DNA of 64,000 bases, taken from the NCBI GenBank assembly GCA_964019335.1, contig OZ025653.1, forward strand, positions 806,001 to 870,000. The letters run 5' to 3'. A program made the translations under genes and the position numbers. How positions within the stretch are numbered: the first letter of the stretch is position 1; the number at the start of each line of letters is the position of its first letter. This DNA is from Diplonema japonicum (Eukaryota; Protista; Euglenozoa: Diplonemea). A model generated the notes under the pieces. It ran no database searches, was not told the origin of the DNA, and saw nothing but the letters and a program-made list of their open reading frames with translations. Shown piece after piece: positions 21,975 through 32,600 of this stretch.

Positions 21975-22360
21975 CAGTGTTGTTATGAGAATGAGTTGCC
22001 CCCCTGAGATTTTCGGATTTTTACTTACTTTTTACTTCAGAATATAGTTTAGAGATGTGTATTCCACCTAAACACCTTTCTGAACTTTTTGGTTTGCAGA
22101 AATGGGTTTTTAAGGTGTTTTAAATATAAATTTCATGATTTCTAGCTTTTTCCAGAAAAAAAAATTTGGGGTCAAAAATAGCCAAAGTGACCCCAAGTTT
22201 GGGGTCCCCTGGGAAAAAAAAAATTTTTTTTTGGCCAAAAATTTCCAAAAAAGTCTGTTTTGAGGGTGCTAAATGAGTGGGTCCCTAGAAAAAAAAGATT
22301 TTTTGCCCCCCACCCCCCTGCCCCCCCAGCCCCCCTGGGTTTTTTCCCGTAACAACACTG
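21975..22360. mobile_element. MITE with TIR CAGTGTTGTTAYGRGA
   Basis: cagtgttgttatgaga at 21975 and tcccgtaacaacactg ending at 22360; flanks do not form a TSD. Confidence 0.65.
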
Positions 22361-22509
22361 ATTACACATGCCCAGAATCTTGGTTACCAGGGGTGCCATG
22401 GCTGGTGTTGAGCTGCACACTGCACACATTAAGGACACAACATGGAATATTGTGCTGTCAGTGTTGTGGTGATATAGTCACCACTTTCAACCTTGATGAT
22501 GCAAAGAGG

Positions 22510-22540
<31 letters not shown>

Positions 22541-23978
22541 TAAGGAATTCCCTGTTCCACCAAGTTCTGGTTCTGCTGGTTCCACCATTCCACCAAGCTC
22601 CAACTTTTCAGTTTTGTGAAAGGGAACAGAATGACCCACCCCTGCATGAGCAGAATCTGGTTACCCAGGATGCCTCAGCTGGAGTTGAGCTGAACACCGC
22701 ACACATTAAGGACACAACACAGAATGCAGAAGAAGCTGTGGTGTACCCCCTGTAATCAAGTAGTCTTGTGCAGGTCCTTTAACTCATATATCTCTCACCA
22801 TGGCCAGGTTGTTGGTGTTTCCTTTTTTTTTTCCCCTTTTTTTCTTTTCCTCTTTGCATGCAGTGTGCAGCTTGACCCCAGCTGGTGCCCTAAGTAGTTT
22901 ACTCATGCAATTTGTTCTTCCACTCAGGGTGCTACAGGTGATGACTGGCCAAGTGGATGGAGGAAAATGCCTATTCGTCGTGTTTGTGGTGCCTGCACAA
23001 GAACTGTTAACTTGATACAGGGGGGCACTGCAGCCAAGTTGTAGCTTCTTCTGTGTTCTGCATTGTGTCCTTAATGTGTGCAGTGCGCAGCTTAACCCCA
23101 GCCAGAGCAACACAACCCAGGGTAACCAACATTCTGTGCTCATGCAGTTTGCTGCCAATTCATCACCCTGAGCATCTGCATTATGTTCTCCCACTTGGGT
23201 GCTACTGGTGATGACTGACATGGAGGTCAACAGCGAACAACACATCTGATGTACTTCTTATATTTCCATGTTATCCCCACCACCTGAATGATATATATAT
23301 GAGTTAAAAGAGGCTGGTGTTGGCAGCACCCTGCACAAGAACTGTCTACTTGATTACAGGGGGTGCACCACAGCCAGGTTGTAGCTTCTTCTGCATTCTG
23401 TATCATGTCCTTATCACTATGGCTGAGTTGTAGCTTCTTCTGTGTTCTGTGTCGTGTCCTTAATGTGTGTGGTGTTCAGCTCAACCCTAGCTGGGGTGCC
23501 CCAGGTAACCAAGATTCTGCACTCATGTGGTTTGCTTGGTGATGACAGATGAGGAGGTCAACAGTGAACACATCTGATGTTTTTCTTATATTTTCATGTT
23601 ATCCCACCACCTGAAAAAGAAGATAAAGGTTTTTTTTTTTTTTTTTCTTTTTTTTTTTTTCGTTTCTCGTTGTTGTCGTCTCTCAGTACCTGTGTAACAT
23701 CTTTTCTTGTAGACATCTGTTTATACGTTTGAACTCTGCAGCAAAAAGAAGAGGGGGGGATGTGGTGTTGTGGTTGTATCTTGTCCGGTCCGGTTCAGTC
23801 CAGTCCGGTCCGGTCTGGTCCAGTCCGGTCAGTCCGGCATAATTGGGTCGAAATTCACGCCGGATCTGGTCCGGTCTGGTCCAGTCCGGTCTAGTCCTAA
23901 TTAGGATTCACCCATCACTGCTGTCTGCTACTCTTTTTAAAGTACATTTTCCTTTTCATTACTATCACTACAGGTACT

Positions 23979-25885
23979 ATGAGCAATCAAGATACAATAA
24001 ACTTGTTGGAACTGGAGAAGGTGACACAAGTAGAAGTTGATGTCGAAGAGAATACTGATAGGAAAGAGCTTGTTGCTGAATGCAGGCAGATTGAAGTATC
24101 ACTAATAAAAAAAACACAAGAGCTTGAAGACTGTGTCCAGACAAGGCTGAGTAAAAGCTATCCATACAGCCTGTTGATTGTGGGAGGGCGTGGGGTGGGG
24201 AAAACCACTCTGTTTGTAAAGCTTGAAGAGCAGCTTCGAGAATCAACTGTCGCCCAATCACAAGGAACAAATGAATGTCAAGGTGAGGACTCGGCCTACA
24301 GCAAAGACCAACAAGTGGACTCTAAAAAAGAGCTGTACCACCGATGGAAACAGTCTGGTGTCAACCTTAATACAGTGCAGTTGGATCTTAAAAACATGCC
24401 AGGAAAGGGACTCCGCCCTGGTGAAGCTGACATCTTCCTGTGGGACCTCCGGATGGCTTCAGCATCAGCTTTCTACTATAGTGCAAAGTGCATCATCATC
24501 CTCTTCGACCTTGCACGGATCGAGACGTACAGGGAGGCACAACGAGTATGCGAACAGTCTAAATATAGCCACACAGATCCTCGATGATGCAAGTGCCAAG
24601 TCACGGCCTGGTGTGAAGTTCGTTATGATAGGGAACGACACTCTTGTGGAGCAACGAGCCGTGGCGCAGGATGAATTCTTTAATTACTGTCAGAACCATG
24701 CCGTGCCATTCGTGTGCGACTTTTCTAACCCAGCGGAGCTTGCGAGCCTCTCGGAGTTTGTTCAAGGTGAAGTCCTTCGTCTGACGACCGACACCACAGA
24801 AGAGATAGTACTGCAGGACACGGTGGAAGCCGACCATAACACCCCTGTACAGGAGGAGCTGCATGACTCGACACGTTGGGTACCGAAAGAAGGCAAAACT
24901 ACACGTTTTTCTAGTTCAAAAACATTTTTCGACATTGGTAAGGGCCCAAATATTATTTGGCCTGCAACAGGGACGCCTCTTGAGGGGACTGTATTAAGTA
25001 AAGCTAATTTGATAGAGGTTTGAAACTAATTCTTTCCCCCCTCGCACCAAATCACAGAATTTGCGTCCGCTCTTCGACTCCCTTGACACCAATCGGGACG
25101 GAAGCATTCCTGCTGAAGACTTTCATAAGTTGTACACGTACACAGACGAAAGCCCCGAGGATATGAACAAACTGGTAGAAGAAATGAGTGCATTGAAAGA
25201 CGGACGACTAAGTTTCACCGAATTTTGTTTGCTCATGCTGCGCATCAAACCTGTTCATGACGACGAAAAGTTTCTCTTCCCAGTACGGGGTGGGTGGGCA
25301 CTGAAACGAGAACAGAATCCTACTGCGACGTTGGCGCCTGCCTATCGCGAGGCGGCAGATGCATTTTTCAACGACAAAGCCTACCCTAAAGCACAGAGAC
25401 AGATCCATCCTCAGAAAGCCAAAGATGCTCTTGCCAAGCTTCATGCATTGAAAGTACCGAAACACACTACGCGGAAAGAGCTCTTGTGCTTGCTGCGTGA
25501 CAAAGATCAGGATCTTTGCGCCACCCTTGATGAGTGCATGCAAGATGCCACAACACTGGAAGAGCTCAAAGTAATCCTCATAGGTTGCATAGCAAAGATA
25601 CCATTTCTTTTTCAATGCGAAGGGTACCGAATGCAGGTGAAAGATCAGAGCCTGGGTAAGTCACATATTTATATAAAGTCATTGTTTAAGAGTTTGGCTA
25701 CCGATGACAGTGTCAGCACTCGTGACATGGAGGACTGGGCCCTGACGAGAGACACACTGGGGGTGCCTGTAAAGGAGGCAACAATCAAGGCGGCTCTAAA
25801 GCCTTTTGACAAGAATGGGCGGATGTCCTTTAATAGTTTCGTGAATGCTGTTGGACACCTTGATACCTTTCTAGGTATATATTAG
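23979..25885 (+). CDS. Degenerate Rab/Ras-like GTPase fused to C-terminal EF-hand domains; exons 23979-24545, 24577-25017, 25058-25885
   Basis: LLIVGGRGVGKTTL P-loop, IFLWD, IILFDL, VMIGND; EF-hands DTNRDGSIPAEDF and DKNGRMSFNSF; 31- and 40-nt GT-AG introns join three ORFs in frame. Confidence 0.85.
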
Positions 25886-25989
25886 ATGTTTTCTTAGGAA
25901 ATAAGGTTTTTTTATCTTTCTTGTAAAATCTTCTTTCACTTTCATCGATTTTACAGTATTAAGTAATATTCACTTCATCACAGACAGCA

Positions 25990-28007
25990 ATGAGTACACG
26001 CAACAATGAAACAATGGCGCAACTGGGGCTTTTCTGTGCGGTGTTGTGCTCGTTGGTCGCCCCAGTAGAAGGAGCAGGCAAGTCCATTTTTAAGTTGGGT
26101 GACTACGTGGATCACAAGCCCTTTGAAGTATGAGTGCCACTTGAATTTATTCCATCACAGGTCATGTTCATGTACTTCACGGTGTTTGCCATCACCATTG
26201 TGTACGAGTGGATTGTGGCCTATGTGGACAGGTCTGTGACAACCCATTCAGGAAAGAACATTGTGCACCACATCTACTCTGAAGTATGTCACCGAGAAAT
26301 TTTCATGCATGTAGGTTATGATTCTTGGTGGTATCTCAGCTCTGTTAACTGTCTTTGAGAACCTTGGAGGAACTGCGTATGCTGCACAAATAGTAGAATC
26401 ACATATCACAGTTACTTCGAAGCAGCCTTGTTCCATTTTGTACACTTCGTCATCTTCGTCATGGCGTTGTTCTTCATTGCCTTGGTTGGTTCTTTGTTCG
26501 TTTTCATCGACCGCTCTTGGAAGGTATCCCCATGGCACCATCACAGCACTGCAGGTCTGGTCGCGTTTTGAGTTCAAAGTTGTCGAGATAGAGAACGATC
26601 CGTCACTGGAGGCAGAGAGTAAGAGCGCCTTCCTGCAGCAGTATCTAAAGGTATTAACCTCACAACCAGAAACACACAACAGTCCGTCAAAAATGGGCAA
26701 AAGATGCTTGCGTGCATTATCTTTTTCCGTCAAAACTTGCCTGAGCACATGAGAGACATTAGTTTCGCTCGTTACATGAAAAAACAGCAAAGAAAGCTTC
26801 TACTGTCTTTCCTTGATCTGGAATGGACAACGTGGGCTATGTTGTCAGTGTTGTGCACAGTGGCCGCAGTGGTGACATATATCACGTTGCTGATCTCAGA
26901 CAACGACCTTGCCACCATCGGGTTGTGGGTGCTCTTTGTCGGGTTCGGTCCTTTGCTGGTTTTGATTGTAACCTTCTTCAAAATCAAGAGAGAGTTCTCC
27001 ACGTTCACCAACGATGTCCAGGAACTCCGTCAAGTATGTTCTATGTTCTTTGTGAAGCAACTTCAACTAGGACGGAAAGAAAAGCACTATGAACCAAGAC
27101 CAGGAGCGCCATTTCTGGAGGGGCAAACCCGAGTACATGACATTCTTAATGCAGGTAGTGACCCAATCTCGTTTGTTGTAGCACACTACAGGTGATGCTT
27201 GTATACCAGGTGTTCTACTTAGCCAACTGCACTGTCAACTTCACCTACCGTCTCTGGCAGATCAGCGGTGGGTTTTTCCTAATTGTTGTCTGCTTTGTTC
27301 CTTCACTGCTTGTGTTTTTCGTCATGATACCCTTGTCTATGCCGCCTTTCACCATTCTGGCTTCGATGGGCACTTTCCTGTCACATGATACTCTGGAGAG
27401 AATTAAGATGTCTGATGAAATGGGTGGGAAGTACAGAAGAAGGGCGTTGCGTGGCCGAACCGTTAAGGAGTCGGCGCTCTTCCTGCAAGACGACGATGAC
27501 AACATTCTCGGGATCGCCGATGGTCATGGCGATGATCATGGCGATGATCATGGACATGGACATGGACATGGACATGGGCACGGACATGGGCATGGGCATG
27601 GTGATGGCCATGATGATGTTCCCCACCTTACAAGCGACGAAGGGATGCTGCCTCTTCGTGACCCCAACCACCACGGGCACGGGCACGGGCACGACGAACC
27701 AGAGAGGCCTGATGTCATTTGTGAGGAGTGCAACCTTTCCCCAGCTGCCGAGACATGCGGGATTTGTGGTATTCTTTGTTCTAATTGCACAAAGGACTAT
27801 CACAAGCTGAAGAAATTCCGTGACCACCATGTGATAAAGTTGAAGAACTCATTGTTCGCACCCAAACTCCCCCTACTCACAGACAATCCTATTATCAACA
27901 AGGAGCGCACTGCAGCGTCACTATATAAGAAGACGGGGGCAGTCGAAGAGGTGATTGAGGCCACAAAAGCAGCGCATACGAGCCACAACACTGATGCCCA
28001 CCATTAG
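25990..28007 (+). CDS. MLO: MLO-family multi-pass membrane protein with His/Gly-rich linker and B-box zinc finger; 8 exons (25990-26127, 26161-26283, 26315-26376, 26412-26523, 26555-26650, 26683-27033, 27071-27154, 27192-28007)
   Basis: Spliced product has YSEVMILGGISALLT, FHFVHFVIFVMA, SFARYMK, HFWRGKP and LASMGT, colinear with MLO motifs (ELMLLGFISLLL, LHQLHIFIFVLA, FxKYxxR, FWFxxP, TQMGS); CEEC...CGIC...LC..C...H.....H B-box; all 7 introns keep frame. Confidence 0.82.
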
Positions 28008-28251
28008 GCGGTCGCCCCTTCCTCCATTTATTTGGCAGGTGCCAAAGGGCATTTAGAGTCGCGCAGTTGTGACCGCTTAGAGTGCCATAGGCGTACGCAG
28101 GTCTATTGCACCAAGCCTTATACACTATGTTCTGTTAGTTTATGTACTATACGAGTTTCTGTTAATCTGTTTCTTCTTGTCCCGTCTATTTTTTTTTGTT
28201 ACTGCAATCACTTCACCACACCACAGCTCTAGAAAACAACCTCATCTCAAA

Positions 28252-28865
28252 ATGCCTGAAACCAACCAGTGGAGATTCATCGAGGTGGGCCGTCTTGTGC
28301 TCATCACCAAAGGGAAGTACGAGAACAAGGTATGCCGCATGCAGAACACAGTACCATTCATACTCATAATAGGTTGCTACTATTTTAGATGTCGTTGACC
28401 AGAACAGAGTCCTCATTGACTCCCCTGCCTGCAAGGACTCCGCTGTCTGGGCTGGTGTTCCCCGCCATGTTGCCAGTCTGAAGGACCTTGAGCCCACCCC
28501 CGTGAAGACTGAGATCACCCGTGGCCTTCGTGTTGGTGGTCTTGTGAAGGTGTGTACAGGAAAGACATAAATAACACAAAACAGGCTCTGGACACCCAGA
28601 ACACCATTGGTAAGTGGACCGAGCTTACCTGGGCCAAGAAGATCATGCACCGTCAGGCCCGTGCTAACATCAACGACTTTGACAGGTTCAGGGTTGACCG
28701 TGCCCGCCGCCAGCGTGCCTTCTGTCTGCGCAAGAAGGTGTGTAATTGTTCAACGGATAAAAAAAAAAAGAAAATAAAAAAAAAAAATAAAAAACCCTGC
28801 AGTTCGCCGCGAAGCTGACCAAGGCCGGCAAGGACTCCAAGGCCAAGAAGGCGTTCAAGGCGTGA
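28252..28865 (+). CDS. RPL14: 60S ribosomal protein L14 (eL14), copy 1; introns 28330-28372, 28550-28584, 28738-28802
   Basis: WRFIEVGRLVLI, DVVDQNRVLID, WAKK, NDFDRFRV motifs; splicing gives a continuous frame. Confidence 0.96.
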
Positions 28866-29003
28866 ACAAGGTGATAAAGCGAGTAGTGTTTAACCATCAG
28901 TCACGGTTTCGTTCTTTGTCCAGTCATTTGTTGTTGTTCACATTTAAAATATATAAGGAAGGGTTCCAGTTACTTTACAACAACAAAAAAAAAAAAAAAA
29001 AAA

Positions 29004-29565
29004 ATGCCTGAGACTAACCAGTGGAGATTCATCGAGGTGGGCCGTCTTGTGCTCATCACCAAGGGGAAGTACGAGAACAAGGTATGCCTTTGCTCCAACC
29101 ACAAGCTTTACAGGTTGCTACCATCCTTGATGTCGTTGACCAGAACAGGGTCCTCATTGACTCCCCTGCCTGCAAGGACTCCGCTGTCTGGGCTGGTGTT
29201 CCCCGCCATGTTGCCAGTCTGAAGGACCTTGAGCCCACCCCCGTGAAGACTGAGATCACCCGTGGCCTTCGTGTTGGTGGTCTTGTGAAGGCTCTGGACA
29301 CCCAGAACACCATTGGTAAGTGGACCGAGCTTACCTGGGCCAAGAAGATCATGCACCGTGAGGCCCGTGCTAACATCAACGACTTTGACAGGTTCAGGGT
29401 TGACCGTGCCCGCCGCCAGCGTGCCTTCTGTCTGCGCAAGAAGGTGTGTTAACATTAATATTTCTTCAAAGAAAAACAAACAATATAAAAAAAACCTTGC
29501 AGTTCGCCGCGAAGCTGACCAAGGCCGGCAAGGACTCCAAGGCCAAGAAGGCGTTCAAGGCATGA
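29004..29565 (+). CDS. RPL14: 60S ribosomal protein L14 (eL14), copy 2; introns 29082-29113, 29444-29502
   Basis: Tandem duplicate, one amino-acid difference (Q/E) from copy 1; lacks the middle intron. Confidence 0.96.
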
Positions 29566-29638
29566 ACCACTTCTGTAACCCTTTCATAGTATCATTGTTT
29601 GAAACAACGCACAAAGTCAGCATAATCCACTACAGTCG

Positions 29639-32600
29639 ATGTTCACAGAACAGCACAAAAATGCCGCAGAAAATAATATCGTTGTTCCAGCAGCTGCATT
29701 CGTCAAGCGCAAGGAGAGTAGCCATCACACGGTGGTGAACGGTAACAGTGGCGGTAGCGACGCTGCAAAGGTAAAACTTGAAGGTGAGTACTGTACTCAT
29801 ATCTTGAAAGAAGAAGGTGATAGCTGGCGGTTGGGGGCGCACGAGTTGAAATGGAGCCCATGCAGCATAATGGTTAGCCACAATGACAAGTGGCAGGTGT
29901 TCGACAGGCGCGCAGGCATTAGTTTCTTAGAGTCTTCTGACGGCATGTCATGGTACAGGGTCACAGAAGTAGCTGCAGTCTTTCCGATGGCCTTTGAAAG
30001 TGTGCATCTACCGTCCGAAACGACGGTACTTCATTTCAGTAATGCAGTTCTTCGTGGTTCTGAAGGAGAGTTTGCCATTGAGATGTGTGATTCGTTGTAT
30101 CTGGCTGATCTTCCTGACTGTTGCACACAGTGCACTCTGACGTCCACATCCAAGTTGCTGACTGTGCAGACACCTGTGTGCGACTATGTGGTGGGTAGTG
30201 CTTCTCTTGAAAAAACAATGATGGGCTGGCACATGCATGTCATTTCTGAAGGGAGAAACGAGCACACACCTCCACGCAGGCTCACGAAATGTCTTTCTGA
30301 GGTCGTCATCGACATCGAAGAGAATTACCTCTTCATTGAGGTCCCGTCACTGCCCTGCTTAACAGGATGGTGCAAGCAGGTGGCCAGAGATCTCTGGACG
30401 TCTCAGACTCACATTGGTTGGTGGTGGTACACGCCTGGCAGTGGTCGCGGTGGCTGGCGGTCGGCGTTGACAGTAAAATGTAAACCGTACCAAGCGGAAT
30501 GGTCGGGAATGCAGGTTAGCAAGTTCACGCAATCCAGAAAAACACTTTTAATGAAGAAGACAGCGCTGAAGGAACTAAGCAACGAACTCGTGCGTTCGTG
30601 GAAGACAACACACACCCTAGAAGATGACATTGCGGGCTTCATCGAAGTTGAGAACTGTCCAGAAATGCAAAGCACACTTTACACCAGGTGCACCGATTTG
30701 TGGTTTAACTCCTCCGTCACTGCGGGCGATTTCCCTGAAAAAAGATGGCCTGCTCTGCTGTGCGCGTTGTGGGCAGAGATGGTGTTAGCGGCCTTTAAAA
30801 CAAAGCCTGTTGATCTGTTTGCACCTTGCACAAGAAACGATCTAGTTACGTGTGAAACCACTCCCTCTGTTGGATGGTGCCTGCCGATCGAGGCATCTGC
30901 TTCTATGCATCGTACAACTGGATTCCGCTTGAAGAATGTCACGGCAGTCACTATCGGGTCCCAGTGCTTCATACCACCCTTCACCGTGTTCACAGTCGGC
31001 GCCATTACTCGACATAAAGCGAGAACAGTTGTCGAGTTGCACTCAGCGGGGAATCTGCGAAAGCCAAGCTCCTTGTTTTCCCAGATATGCCTTCAAGAAA
31101 GCAGTGATATCTTGTTGCAGCGGGCACACGCACACACGGGACTCACAACGAAAAGCGAAAGCTGCAGCCAACTCAGCATCGGTCAACTCCTTGATACGGA
31201 AGAGCACGAGAACGAAGTACGTGCGGAACCAGCAACAGTACGGACAATTTCAGCTCTCGCAAAAGCAGCGGTTAAATCGTTGAAATCAAGACGTGTGCAC
31301 CCCCAGTACGCCATCCGCACCTCTGCAGCACGAACACGTCTCCTCACAAACACCATTCGTGACAAGTGGCGATTGCTTCGTTCCGTGTGCCGTCTTCTTT
31401 CAAAGATAAGAACGTGGGCCACAAGGGCTCGTGTCACAGCTTCTGCGACAGCCATTTCGCATTACTACATGCGAACATCCTTGTTTAATAGAGTTGGGGG
31501 TCTCATCAACAGGGGCCGTGCTGCCTGCTGGCTGCAACGCATTGGACGTGCCTTGAAAAGCAGGAAGTGGCTCTTCCAGCAAGTGCTGGTCAGAAAGGCT
31601 TTGCAGCGTGCACACAATGCTCTTCTTTGGGGGTGTTTCTGCAAATGGAGACTTTTTTTGTGGAAGGTTTCTGCCGATGCAGTCGCGCGATTTGTTGTCT
31701 GCAGAACACGTGCTTTGTGGTTGTCGAAAGTGTGCTGCGCTAGAAACATATTGACTTCAAAACGAAGAGAACGCACCCAAGCAGCTTGTTGCATCCAGTT
31801 ACATTGGAGAAGATACATGAGTAAGAAACAGCGAGACCATGCTGTACTGATCCTCCAAACCTATTGGAAGAGGCACCGATCTAGGAAAAATGCCCGGTGC
31901 AAAGCGAATGCCCAAAGTATCTTGAAGCGTTCATGGCTGTGCTACCAAGCAAGAATGAGGGCAAGCCAACTTTCGATTCAACGTAGTGTCTTGAAAGCCG
32001 AGGACAGTGCTCAGGCCAAAGTGGCGGAACACCGTGTTGCGGTTGCAATGCTAATCCGCTGCTGGCAGGATTACAAAATAAGACAACTCGCCTCCAAAAC
32101 TGCCATCGACAACCGGTGCAGCCTCGTACAAGTCTTCGGAAATGCGGCCTTGTCTAGGGGAGTAGCTATGAAGAAACGACAACGCCTTGCTGCGGCCACT
32201 GCCATCCAAACTGCTTCTAGGAGGTGGTTGAAGTTGTTTACAGCGAGACGCTTGAGTGCTGCAGCACTCTTACAATGCGGATGGAGAGACTATAAGCTCC
32301 GTTCAGACGCAAGGGAACAGACTCGTCAGAAGCGCGCTATTCTGAAAATACGCCACTGGGAAGGTCTCGAGCATGAGGCAGCTACCCTGATACAGTCGGT
32401 ATACAGGCGCTGGGCTGCACATACACAGTTCCTAGAGTTCCAATTACAAAGAACGGCAACAAAGGCAGAAAATCTCAATAGCGTGGTGCAAATAGAAGCA
32501 GCGCTAGTGCTGCAATCTTGGTGGCGGCAAAGACTCGCCCAAACACACTTACATCTGAAAAGGGAACACATACGTTTGTGTTCAGCTGCCACTCAGGTCC

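Larger units (their letters stand above)
17394..23920. repeat. Nested, rearranged block of non-autonomous DNA transposons with internal tandem and inverted repeat units
   Basis: Recurrent unit (gttgtagcttcttctgYRttcYgtgtYgtgtccttaat..., gaggtcaacag..acacatctgatg..., ctgcacaagaactgtctacttgattacaggggg) in both orientations; three right ends GGATTCACCCATCACTG at 21509, 21687 and 23920. Confidence 0.92.
17033..23973. promoter_or_regulatory. Divergent strand-switch region between a minus-strand and a plus-strand gene cluster (candidate transcription-initiation region)
   Basis: All recognised genes to the left are minus strand and all to the right are plus strand; function inferred by analogy with kinetoplastid dSSRs. 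Confidence 0.55.

Noticed and set aside
17394-23920. CRISPR-like array or a family of small Cys-rich proteins (MCCSLLTS...) in the repeat block
   Set aside because: No constant repeat with unique spacers and no cas genes; eukaryotic context. The Cys/Met/Trp-rich ORFs are by-products of CpG->TpG decay in transposon repeats.
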